From an uncultured Lentisphaeria bacterium (lineage in GTDB: Bacteria > Verrucomicrobiota > Lentisphaeria > Victivallales > Victivallaceae): 64,000 nt of DNA. The notes below the pieces were generated by a model. The model saw nothing but the letters and a program-made list of their open reading frames with translations, ran no database searches and was not told the DNA's origin. Numbering within the stretch: position 1 is the first letter of the stretch; each line of letters begins with the position of its first letter. Where the stretch lies: contig CAIPAT010000167.1 in the NCBI GenBank assembly GCA_903863035.1, forward strand, positions 1,963-65,962. Reading direction: 5' to 3'. Shown here one piece after another: positions 1 to 9,264 of this stretch. A program made the position numbers and the translations under genes.

Positions 1-494
1 GTATCTTCGTTCTTCAAAAATGAAAATTCATATTCGCGACCATCTTCTTGATCTACCAATTTGTCAACAATGTTTAAATATAGTCGTCTAGATGGTAAAC
101 AATTTTCATTATTGTCCCACCATTTACGCGGTTCTTTATATGCGTATGAGCCTTTCAATCCAATATACAAAGAGGTAAGTCGTTGTTGACCATCTAAAAC
201 AGCGGTAAATCCATTTGTGCCGTCCGTTGAAGCTTCATCATTATGTATTTTATATCTTTCTCGGAACTCGGAAATAAAACTATAAAACTTATAACCATTG
301 CGGTGCTCATTTTCAACGTTCCAGAACAAAAAAGAACTAATGGGATATTTTCTTAATAATGAATCAAATAGCCATTCAATTTTATCCGAACTCCATACAA
401 ATTCTCGCTGAATTGCTGGTAATAAATATTTTTTCTTTTCAACGTTCTCAATTGCTTGCCAAATTGTGATTGGTGTCTGAAATGCCATTCCCAT
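1..494 (-). CDS. DUF262 (ParB-like nuclease superfamily) protein, N-terminal part; candidate GmrSD-type type IV restriction enzyme; continues past the left window edge
   Basis: Absent from the ORF track because it is edge-truncated. My own minus-strand translation from the ATG at 494 is open to position 1: MGMAFQTPITIWQAIENVEKKKYLLPAIQREFVWSSDKIEWLFDSLLRKYPISSFLFWNV...FTAVLDGQQRLTSLYIGLKG... QREFVW and DGQQRLTS are the DUF262 signature motifs. The region is visibly AT-rich compared with the core genes. Confidence 0.75.
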   Translation of the reverse strand, partial: MGMAFQTPITIWQAIENVEKKKYLLPAIQREFVWSSDKIEWLFDSLLRKYPISSFLFWNVENEHRNGYKFYSFISEFRERYKIHNDEASTDGTNGFTAVLDGQQRLTSLYIGLKGSYAYKEPRKWWDNNENCLPSRRLYLNIVDKLVDQEDGREYEFSFLKNED

Positions 495-880
495 ACTCCT
501 TTTGTCACAACATTAAAATCTTAAATCTCTGCGCAGTAGGCGTCCGGACGCGTATCTAGTAAAACCACTTATAAAATATGTTCTTAAACCGGAAATGCAA
601 GGTAAAATGGATATTTACGGTGTAAAATTATGCTAATGCATTTACCTATTGCTCTCGTAAACAGTTGAATGCTCTTGATGTTTTTTCCAGTTATCGGCAT
701 ACTTCCGGGCAAGCTCCGGGCTGCGGATGACCAGCAAATTCTCGGATGGGTACTGAATTCAGAGTTGAATTCAGCAATCAAAAGTTTATATTGATGCGAA
801 ACATAGACATTGATCTTTTAAGAAAAATGGTAAGAGCCAAGGGGTTAAGCGCAATTTAATTAATGATAAGGCGAGATTAA

Positions 881-1735
881 ATGAGCAACTTAAAAGCAAG
901 AGAATACAAATCATTTGAAGCAATAAAGCATTTAGCAGGCGATGGCAATGAGTTTTGGTATGCCCGTGAACTTGCTGAGACCCTTGAATATGTACAATGG
1001 CGGAATTTTGTGAAAGTTCTGGACAGGGCAATGCTTGCCTGCACAAACAGCGGCTATGAGATTTCAGACCATTTTGCTGAGGTCAGCAAAATCGTAGAAG
1101 CAGGGGTCACATCAAAACGCATAATCGATTATAAACTCACCCGTTATGCCTGTTATTTGATTGTACAAAACGGAGATCCCCGGAAAGAAGTTATTGCATT
1201 AGGTCAAACCTATTTTGCCATTCAAACCAGACGGCAGGAAGTCGCTGATTATTTCAATCAGCTTGATGAAGATAATAAACGGCTGGTAATACGGGGCGAT
1301 ATCAAGCAATGGAACCAGATGCTTGCCGAATCTGCCCACAATGCAGGAGTTATCAGCGACGATGAATACGCCACTTTCCAGAATGCCGGTTATATAGGGC
1401 TTTATGGCGGCCTGAAGGTCGAGGATATTCATAAAAAGAAGGGCCTGAAAAAACATGACCGGATACTTGATTTTATGAGCAGTTCAGAATTGATCGCAAA
1501 TCTGTTCAGAATATCTCAGACTGAAGAGAAATTGAAAAAAGATAAAGCTGCAACTGCTGATGCCGCTAATGAAATCCATTTTATCGTCGGGCGAGAAGTA
1601 CGGGGGACTATTGAGCGGGTTGGTGGCACAATGCCGGAAAATTTACCAGTTCCAAATAAAAGTATCAGTGCGGTTGAACGTGAACAGTTAAAGAAGCTAA
1701 AGCAATCTCCAAAGAAATTAATGCTTGATGAATAA
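881..1735 (+). CDS. dinD: DNA-damage-inducible protein D (DinD) family protein
   Basis: 284-aa ORF. FEAIKH..G.EFWYARELAETLEYVQWRNF..VLDRAMLACTNSGYEISDHFAEVSKIVEAG......IDYKLTRYACYLIVQNGDP matches my recollection of E. coli DinD along its length. This is recognised from memory, not from a search. Confidence 0.7.
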   Translation: MSNLKAREYKSFEAIKHLAGDGNEFWYARELAETLEYVQWRNFVKVLDRAMLACTNSGYEISDHFAEVSKIVEAGVTSKRIIDYKLTRYACYLIVQNGDPRKEVIALGQTYFAIQTRRQEVADYFNQLDEDNKRLVIRGDIKQWNQMLAESAHNAGVISDDEYATFQNAGYIGLYGGLKVEDIHKKKGLKKHDRILDFMSSSELIANLFRISQTEEKLKKDKAATADAANEIHFIVGREVRGTIERVGGTMPENLPVPNKSISAVEREQLKKLKQSPKKLMLDE

Positions 1736-1826
1736 ATGTGTGTTATAAGCAGTAAAGCCCAAATACCACCGGCATCACCAGCAAAATTTTTTGGCAGTAT
1801 ACTAATTGACATTGACCGCCATAGCT

Positions 1827-2450
1827 TTATTTTACCGGCAGCGATGATATTTTGTCAAGGTATTTGGGAACAGCACCCTTTGACTTTTTCATAATCGTCT
1901 GGTAGATTTCCTGGTCAGGAGTTTTGCCGATTCTTTTCCGGATTATACGCTCAATATGCTTCCATAGTTCAACCGTCAGAAGCACATCATAGAGTGCACG
2001 GTGACATTTCCCCTCCTCCGGTCGCGGAAGATTCAGGTGATCTGCCAGAATTGAAAGCTTGTGCCTCGGCGAATCCTGAACCAAACGGCGTGAAAGCATC
2101 ATAGTGCAAAAAAAAGTAGGCTCATGGGTAATCCCGGCGCGGCCCATCTCGGCATGATAGAACCCGGAGTCGAATGTGGCATTATGCGCGATACAATGAC
2201 GGTCGCCAATGAAATCCTTCAACTTCGGCATGATAGCTTCCGGCTTGGGCTTGCCTTTAAGCATCGCATCGGTTATGCCGGTTAAATCTGTGATGATAAA
2301 TGGCAGACGGCAGCCCGGATGCATAAGTTCAACAAAGGAATCAGCCACCTCGCCATTCCGGACGATTACCGCCGCCACCTCAATGACGCGGCAGTAGTCC
2401 GCGCTGAGCCCCGTGGTCTCAAAGTCTATCACGGCAAATTCATTAAACAT
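1827..2450 (-). CDS. DEDDh 3'-5' exonuclease (DnaQ / Pol III epsilon-like)
   Basis: 207 aa. ExoI motif is VIDFETTGL, ExoII is AHNATFDSGF and ExoIII is HRALYDVLLT. It is co-directional with and downstream of the ankyrin membrane protein. Confidence 0.85.
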   Translation of the reverse strand: MFNEFAVIDFETTGLSADYCRVIEVAAVIVRNGEVADSFVELMHPGCRLPFIITDLTGITDAMLKGKPKPEAIMPKLKDFIGDRHCIAHNATFDSGFYHAEMGRAGITHEPTFFCTMMLSRRLVQDSPRHKLSILADHLNLPRPEEGKCHRALYDVLLTVELWKHIERIIRKRIGKTPDQEIYQTIMKKSKGAVPKYLDKISSLPVK

Positions 2451-2719
2451 CCAGCACCTGATTTCATATCTGGTTATATTTTATATCACGAAAATATAAC
2501 CGCGTTTTATCGTTCTGCCAGCCGGAATAACAAAAGCTGTCAAATTATATCGAGAGCATTTTGTATCGTTTTATGCACAGTAAAACATGCACTTGCCGGC
2601 GTAAGGAGCGTTGATTTATCGTGTATCAAGGTAAGGCTGCTGCTAACCGAAATTTCATCGTTGCTGGTGGTTATTGAATAAAAACCAATCCAGTTGTTTC
2701 TGCCCATTTGCATCCTTAG

Positions 2720-5503
2720 TTATTTTTCAACATTAGAATGCCGTTTTATAATTGTTTCAAGGCGTTTGATGGTATTTGGATTATTGAGAGCCCGGTTTTT
2801 TCGGGCGTAATCCATTACTGTCATGCCTTTGTCATCTTTGACCGATGGATCGAATCCGACACTGATCATTGCCTGTAGACGGCGGCAAGCCTTATCCTGT
2901 ACTTCGTTGTCAAATCCGCTACAGGCAGTAATGGTAAAATTCATCTTGTCGCTATTGCGGCTTAATTTCGCGCCATTCTTTTTCAATTGCATGGCAACCT
3001 GCGGATCCGGATTATTTAAACATGCCATTTCCAGTATTGATTCAAACCAAAAGTTTTTCTGTTCCGATACTTTCACTCCGGCATCCAGTAGCGCCTGAAT
3101 TACCGCCGGATTATTGTTCCACGCAGCAAACATCATCGGCGTCATCTGATTGCTGAGAAATATGCCGTTACCGCATCGGCTGTAACCGTGTTGGGCGCGG
3201 CGGTTCGGATCGGCACCATACTTGAGCAACAGGTGAATTACCGCCGGATCGGAATTATAAAATGCCGCCGTCATCAGCGCATCCACTCCTGTCAACATCT
3301 CCGTATTTAACCAATTGTGAGATGGTTGCGGCGGACACCAGGAGTCAACTTTGGTGCCGTGCCGCAACAGCAAGTCGATGATTTTAGCATCGCGGTATCG
3401 GCAGGCCAGCATCAATGCCGTATGACCAGACTCATCAGCAGCATTGACGTCGGCGCCTTGCTTGATAGCCTCTTTAATCCGGATATCCGGCGAAGACATC
3501 ACCATGTCGCAGAACGATTTGTTATCGATAAGCGTATAAGTCACTTTAGGAACTGTCACCGGCGGTAGCGCTGCCAATTGCTGCCGAATGTATTGGCGAT
3601 ATTGAGCACCTGCTTTATCTCGGGGTGAATTCCCACAGTATTGATCAAGATTAATTCTATCCATTTCCAGCAACCGTTGCTCATGACAGGCACAAATACC
3701 AGCCACACCGCTCAGTACGATTATAATTACAGAAGCGAAGATGGTAAATGCCGCCGCCGTCACTCCGACTTTTAGACGACGCTGTTCATCGCGCCTGCAT
3801 CTATAAGCCTCAATCAGCGGCAACAGCAGAAAAGCCACTCCGATGCCTGCTATTATTATCCAGAATATCATATTCTGCGGCTTATTGAAATAATAATTAT
3901 AATCGTAAATATACTGGAATTGCGGAATAATTGCAGTTAAACTAATGGCATATTTGCCGTTCCATGGCACCAATGCAATACCGGCAACAGCAATAAGAAT
4001 AACTGTAATCGCACACAAATGATAGGCGGCAGGATGTTTTATACCGGGCAGTATGAGTTCTGAGGCTCTTTTATCCACTACATAACCTAGCAACGCCAAC
4101 GGCCACAAAGTCAAAGCCAGCACCAGAAACAGGCCTTGTGCTATGAAATTCAAACTGCTGTAATTGAGCGCGTAATCACGACTGCCGGATGGTATTATTG
4201 TCATCAACCACCATAATCCCAGCGGAATGATCACTCCGAACAACGCTAAATACGCCAGTGATTTCCAATTTGTCACAAATAATCCCGGCTGCAACTTTTG
4301 CCGCAATCGTAGTCGAATAATAAGCCAGGCCAGGCTGCAACCGATTAACAGCGATAACATCAATAACATTGTTATCAAAATTACCAAGCGGTCGCTGATT
4401 GCATATTCCCATGCTCGACCTATTGCGTAATCGTTCAGATTATATTCTCCCGGCATCAACGACGAGGCAAGATATTGCTGGGAACTTGGCGCATAACGCT
4501 GAAAATCTTCCTTGACTTTCTTGCGTGTTTGAGAATTATTATTTTGCTCATAGCGCCGCAGCCACATATTGCTGATTTTGGCGGTAATACTATCTATTGA
4601 ATCAGCCTTCTCCGGCTTACCGAGTTTGCGGTAGAGCGGCGGCAGGGTTTGCCGGAAATCTTTTATCATAAAACACAAACTATGGAGTTGCCAGAAATAG
4701 CTTGATTGAGAATATTGCCCGGCAAGTCTGCTCCAGCAGTCAAGCAGTTGTTCCGCCTGATCAGGATGTCCTGATTTGATAAGTTCATCCGCCCACATCG
4801 GCAGCGCCTGAGTAAAATAATCGCTGAAATCGTAACCGTAAATAGGTGCGCTATATAAATAATTCTGCCAAATATCGGCGCGTATTCCGGTGACATATTT
4901 TGCCAGTTGCATTCGCTGGCCGGCAATCTCCTGCCAGTAATTGCAATAGCGCGGTTTCTGCAAGCCTTGCAAAAAATAAGGAAGAGCCTCCATCAGTTTA
5001 ACGCGACTTTTGATGCTGGGAGCATGACGCTTATCATCGTATTCCGTCCCGAGATAAAGCATTTCCACCGCAGCCGTGTAATCGAATAACGCATTGCCGG
5101 GATCGATTTTGTCCGCCTCTGCAAGCTTGTCCGAAGTTATCGGAATATGGGCAACCGGCCGACCGTTGTTCCAACTGTGCGTTTGAGTATGATAGACACG
5201 CAGAAAATCCTGAGCAAACCATGCTGGGTTCTGCGGCTCGTCCGTATAGAGTTTCTTCCAGTCGCTGGCAAGCAGAGCCTTATTCGTTGCCGTCATGGAC
5301 TTACTATCAATTCCGTAGGCGGCGATGATTTTATCAGGATTGACAGGATGTATCCGGTACTCACAGAATATTCGATAGTATTGCCAGAAAGGCAGAAAAG
5401 TCAGCAGCAGCAAGATCATAGCAACTAGCGGCAGAATGATAAAAAGTGCAACCATAAGGCATGGAGAGTTTTTCGCTGATAAACTAGGCTTATCTTTTTC
5501 CAT
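2720..5503 (-). CDS. Polytopic membrane protein with C-terminal ankyrin repeats; function unknown
   Basis: The ORF track gives 2720..5542. I prefer the ATG at 5503 (MEKDKPSL...) because a GGAGG lies about 10 nt upstream. The protein has one N-terminal TM helix, a soluble region of about 330 aa, and about six further hydrophobic helices (aa ~385-650). Ankyrin repeats follow: GADVNAADESGHTALMLACRYRDAKIIDLLLRHGTKVD, AAFYNSDPAVIHLLLKYGADPN, FAAWNNNPAVIQALLDAGVKV, DKGMTVMDYARKN. Confidence 0.75.
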   Translation of the reverse strand: MEKDKPSLSAKNSPCLMVALFIILPLVAMILLLLTFLPFWQYYRIFCEYRIHPVNPDKIIAAYGIDSKSMTATNKALLASDWKKLYTDEPQNPAWFAQDFLRVYHTQTHSWNNGRPVAHIPITSDKLAEADKIDPGNALFDYTAAVEMLYLGTEYDDKRHAPSIKSRVKLMEALPYFLQGLQKPRYCNYWQEIAGQRMQLAKYVTGIRADIWQNYLYSAPIYGYDFSDYFTQALPMWADELIKSGHPDQAEQLLDCWSRLAGQYSQSSYFWQLHSLCFMIKDFRQTLPPLYRKLGKPEKADSIDSITAKISNMWLRRYEQNNNSQTRKKVKEDFQRYAPSSQQYLASSLMPGEYNLNDYAIGRAWEYAISDRLVILITMLLMLSLLIGCSLAWLIIRLRLRQKLQPGLFVTNWKSLAYLALFGVIIPLGLWWLMTIIPSGSRDYALNYSSLNFIAQGLFLVLALTLWPLALLGYVVDKRASELILPGIKHPAAYHLCAITVILIAVAGIALVPWNGKYAISLTAIIPQFQYIYDYNYYFNKPQNMIFWIIIAGIGVAFLLLPLIEAYRCRRDEQRRLKVGVTAAAFTIFASVIIIVLSGVAGICACHEQRLLEMDRINLDQYCGNSPRDKAGAQYRQYIRQQLAALPPVTVPKVTYTLIDNKSFCDMVMSSPDIRIKEAIKQGADVNAADESGHTALMLACRYRDAKIIDLLLRHGTKVDSWCPPQPSHNWLNTEMLTGVDALMTAAFYNSDPAVIHLLLKYGADPNRRAQHGYSRCGNGIFLSNQMTPMMFAAWNNNPAVIQALLDAGVKVSEQKNFWFESILEMACLNNPDPQVAMQLKKNGAKLSRNSDKMNFTITACSGFDNEVQDKACRRLQAMISVGFDPSVKDDKGMTVMDYARKNRALNNPNTIKRLETIIKRHSNVEK

Positions 5504-6376
5504 CAGTACGTAGCCTCCATGTCGAAACCTGGCACCGTTCATGACTGACTATTGGCAATGCAGTAGCTGTCATGAAATCATCCTCCTCGTCATTGATGAA
5601 ATTTACGAACTTTATGTCAATATAATCTGCATAAACTGAAATTCAACAACATAATCAACACTGGCTGGCAGCAGATACCGTTGGCCAAATAAACCGGCTT
5701 AATAACTGTTTCACGCTATTTATCCCGTAGTGTAAAACGAGATAACAAAACCAAAGGAAGAATATCGCCAATAATCCCGCACAGTTCATGCATGTTCGCA
5801 GCGGCAGGAGACCGTCTGGGACATGAGGAAGGTAAGGCCCCAGGAAGGCCGATACAGGCATATCCGGTTCTACTACTTCAACGCCTGCGGCAACACCATC
5901 CACTGAAGCTGCAACCTATAATGTCGTCCATATCCATGATGCCACTCCCGAGTCTACGCCAGCCACGTCCGTATCAACAGTATCGACAGCCAGTCCAAGC
6001 CCGCGTATAACTCAGACAGTAACTCAAGTTCCAGTTATCCCGATCCGCAGTTAACCGTTAAACCCGATGCTTACGTTATCGGCGTAATACATACAACCGG
6101 TTAAAATAGTAGCGGCGCATGGCCGTACACCGGCTTGAGATCATGACCGGATACATGACCGAAGTGCTGCGGCATACTGGAGTTCCGGTCAATTAATAAG
6201 CTGCAACAGTAACTTCATGGTCAAGGAACTTATCTTGTCCGTGAACGCGGTTGACGCTAAACAAACCGCACAGATCATCCATGCCAGCCGCCAGTTACCG
6301 TTGGGGAAAAGAGGCGGATAACAGCCCTGAAACACGGATATCGGCCGTATAAGTTCACACATCCCGCTACCCGTTG

Positions 6377-7093
6377 TCAACTCTGCACATCGTCAGCACG
6401 AAGCTGATCGCCACCGTGCCGATTATCTTGAACAATAGACTTGCCATCATCCTTCGGCAAACAGGTAAACCCGTATTCACGCTGACGTGGAGGAGCAAAA
6501 CCTTTCGTGGCTAATTTACTTTGATAATTCAACCAGTTCAGGGTATTGTCTATCTGCTTATCGGCCCCAGGTTTATTCCGTCTGATCTTGATCGCCATGT
6601 TGTTTTTGGTGTTGAACTCCGGCTGCTGGTCATACCGCTCTAAGTCCGGCGGGTTGCAGCGTACATAACCAGTTCGGGAAGGGTCTCCCAGCCGCTTCGC
6701 CAGTATCTTGTCAAGATATAAAGCGTCACCCATGCCGTTCTGACTCTTCGATGCATTTTTTATGATGCCGATATGAATATGCGGCTTGGGCTCTGCCGCC
6801 CCCGAGTTGGTCGCTTCCAGTACCCAGCCGATCTGAGCTTCTGTTTTCTCTTTCTTCAGCTTTTTCTTCAAGCTGTCCAGGCTGCCGCTGATAGCCTTTG
6901 TCAACTGAGCTGGACTTATTCCTTCCGGTGCTGTTACGTCCAGGTGGCTTACAGCAACCTGATTATGCTTGTTCACCATATATTCCAGCCGGTCATGATA
7001 GCCCTGGGTGATATTAACGATGAAGCCGTTGTTGCCGTTATGCAACTGGTGATCTTCATACCGGGAATCATAACTTATTTTCTGTCTGGGCAT
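6377..7093 (-). CDS. YagK/YfjJ (inovirus Gp2-like) family protein; possible HUH-type replication initiator
   Basis: 238 aa. HNQVAVSHLDVTAP resembles the YfjJ ...LAVRVDLRLP block, and WVLEAT...PHIHIGII resembles the family's HYH (HUH-like) block. Iteron-like repeats lie immediately upstream. Recognised from memory. Confidence 0.55.
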   Translation of the reverse strand: MPRQKISYDSRYEDHQLHNGNNGFIVNITQGYHDRLEYMVNKHNQVAVSHLDVTAPEGISPAQLTKAISGSLDSLKKKLKKEKTEAQIGWVLEATNSGAAEPKPHIHIGIIKNASKSQNGMGDALYLDKILAKRLGDPSRTGYVRCNPPDLERYDQQPEFNTKNNMAIKIRRNKPGADKQIDNTLNWLNYQSKLATKGFAPPRQREYGFTCLPKDDGKSIVQDNRHGGDQLRADDVQS

Positions 7094-7147
7094 AATGAGA
7101 TTTCCTTTGTGTTTTCATATTCTTTGATATTAACTTTTATTGTTTAT

Positions 7148-7208
7148 TAGTAATGCTTTGGTAATACTCTTAGTAATGCTTACTTGTAGTAATACTTAGT
7201 AATACTCT
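7148..7208. repeat. Five iteron-like direct repeats (T/G)(A/G)GTAAT(G/A)CT
   Basis: tagtaatgct (7148-7157), ggtaatactct (7160-7170), tagtaatgct (7171-7180), tagtaatact (7187-7196), tagtaatactct (7197-7208). They sit in the spacer between the primase gene and the YagK-like gene. Confidence 0.6.
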
Positions 7209-7642
7209 TTATATTACCTACTGAGTCGGGAACGGGAAGATGGATACTTATATGGTCTTTAGCAATGCACTTCGGTGTTATGCAGGAGGGTGGTTATTTC
7301 TGATTTGGTACCTATAATATAGTTACCATAAACGCTTTACAAATATTAACAATTACAGCATGACCGCAAGACGGGGCATGTTTGATGTCCATGCCCCTGA
7401 TGTCATTATGCGGCCGCTGGGGCGATAGTGATTTGAGATGCCGTTGGAATGGTGATTTTAAATCCGGAATAGCACCTCTGATCCCTGCCATCGCGCTTGA
7501 TGTCGTTTTGCTTGGCTGCATTGAAAATTTTAAGCATAATGTCCGGCAGATGGGACTGGAAGATTTTATCAGAAAGAATCTTCCAGACTTCAATAAGCTT
7601 CCCATCGACTATTGCGTTTTCCGGTTTGACGGAAGGATTATT

Positions 7643-9148
7643 TTAGGTTTCTCTAGCATCTGTAATTCCGGCTGGACAGACTGGACACAACTGCAATGGT
7701 TTGAGACCATTCCATACATGTATTCTCTTGCCGTCCTCCAAAACTAATTTGGTTTTAACTGCCTTCGGAAACACCCGCCTTACCGCCTCTGACAGTTTTC
7801 CCATTCCGGTAACCTTATAGCCATTTTCTCTCATCGCATTCTTGTAATGCGCGTAAAGCTGCAAAGTTCCGACAGTGTGTTTGGGATCAAATTCGTAATT
7901 GTCGTTTAAGAAAGAGCCTTCCTGGTCGCAAACTTCACGATGTTCCGCTTTTATCGCCGCGCTATATGGCGTTTCAGGAAAAAGACGAAGATTCCGAAGC
8001 TTAGCCAAGCCTTCTACCGCCCAATTGAATATTCCTGACAATTCTTCCTGGACAAGCTCATTCTTCAGATTCTTGTTATCTTCGCCGGTCCCGCGTATTT
8101 TCTCATTAAAAGGGATAATGCGCAATCTTTCCCAGATGGCGCTTGTCCGGTCTGCGAACATCGGCAGACTGTTGGACGCAAAAATGTTTCTGGCAATTGC
8201 TCTTGCCATAAAGGAATCCTGAAACTTTTTTTCGACTGGTATCATGCCACCGCTGATTATATCCTTAAACATGCCTTCTACTGCTCCGCTACTGGAATAT
8301 TCTCCGGCAGTCGGTAAGTCACCGATAATGTTCAACAAAGACGCGGACAAGTCGTGCAGTCCGAAACGATTGCCGAATCTGGACAACGGAATGCAGCAGA
8401 CGTTTTCAACCCCTACAAGCTGAGTCAGCACATGCAGACAAACGGTCTTGCCGGTACCACCCTCTCCAAAAAGATAAAAAGCAACCTCAAACCTAGTGTC
8501 CGGAACTAACGCCAGCCCAAACATCATCTGAATGACTTCTCGCACCACCGGATCGGGTTGAACCCGCTCCAGATATTTCAACCACTTCGGACACTGTGCC
8601 GCCTGATTGAAATTATAAGAAACTGCGATTGTGGTAAATAAATCTAGTGTATGGTCTTTGATAGCGGCTGTTGATCCATCAGCGATTGCAGTCGCCAATT
8701 TCTCTATATCCACCATGCCGTTTCCCATGACAAACCAATTGCCGGCAGGTTCGCCATTGGGGATCCAGCACGGGACATCAAATTCAGTAGGCAGTGCGCA
8801 ATATTTAAATGATTCAAGATTCATCATTACGTCATTGAGCAGGCTTGTACTGATTTTATATCCTCTGAAATCGTCTTGGATAAGTGCGATGACTTCGCTT
8901 TGTACGTCCCTTTTGTGGATTTGGATATATTTGCCGTTCTTATATTTGTACCATCTTCCTTTGTGGACACGCAATCCAAGTTTCCCCTGATGCTGATACT
9001 TCGTGATAAGCGCCTCAACAATGTCCAATATTGGAATGGGCGGCCTGCCACCATTTTTCCCATTTTCCGGACTGGACAAAGCCCGCCTGTCAAACTTAAT
9101 AACCTGTAATTCCTGTGTCATATTCATTATCAATACCTCTATGTTCAC
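7643..9148 (-). CDS. Phage/plasmid primase, P4 family C-terminal domain with D5-type SF3 helicase NTPase
   Basis: 501 aa. It has the PKWLKYLERVQPDPVVREVIQMMFG block, Walker A FGEGGTGKT, then LLNIIGDLP...FKDIISGG..PVEKKF....F.ARNIFASN.LP...D.S.AIWERLRIIPF, which is typical of P4 alpha/D5 C-terminal regions. Confidence 0.8.
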   Translation of the reverse strand: MNIEVLIMNMTQELQVIKFDRRALSSPENGKNGGRPPIPILDIVEALITKYQHQGKLGLRVHKGRWYKYKNGKYIQIHKRDVQSEVIALIQDDFRGYKISTSLLNDVMMNLESFKYCALPTEFDVPCWIPNGEPAGNWFVMGNGMVDIEKLATAIADGSTAAIKDHTLDLFTTIAVSYNFNQAAQCPKWLKYLERVQPDPVVREVIQMMFGLALVPDTRFEVAFYLFGEGGTGKTVCLHVLTQLVGVENVCCIPLSRFGNRFGLHDLSASLLNIIGDLPTAGEYSSSGAVEGMFKDIISGGMIPVEKKFQDSFMARAIARNIFASNSLPMFADRTSAIWERLRIIPFNEKIRGTGEDNKNLKNELVQEELSGIFNWAVEGLAKLRNLRLFPETPYSAAIKAEHREVCDQEGSFLNDNYEFDPKHTVGTLQLYAHYKNAMRENGYKVTGMGKLSEAVRRVFPKAVKTKLVLEDGKRIHVWNGLKPLQLCPVCPAGITDARET

Positions 9149-9264
9149 GGCAGAACCAGTGCCGCCAAATTTTATACGAACGTAACTTCATGACTTTTTC
9201 TCAGTGATAACCTTTAACTCCCCCCGTGGTATTTCCACGGGGAGAGCCTTTTAAATTATTTAAC

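Noticed and set aside
5655-6380. Track ORFs 5655..5903 (-), 5792..6010 (+) and 6189..6380 (-) as genes of the element
   Set aside because: They have a non-ATG start (TTG at 6380), no RBS, mutual overlap, and implausible Pro/Arg/Leu-rich translations. The region is treated as ORF-free and reported as an observation instead.
7312-7747. ORFs 7312..7605 (-) and 7382..7747 (+) in the primase/Rep spacer
   Set aside because: They overlap each other and the primase 3' end, lack RBS signals and have unremarkable low-complexity translations. The region is better explained as an origin or regulatory spacer.
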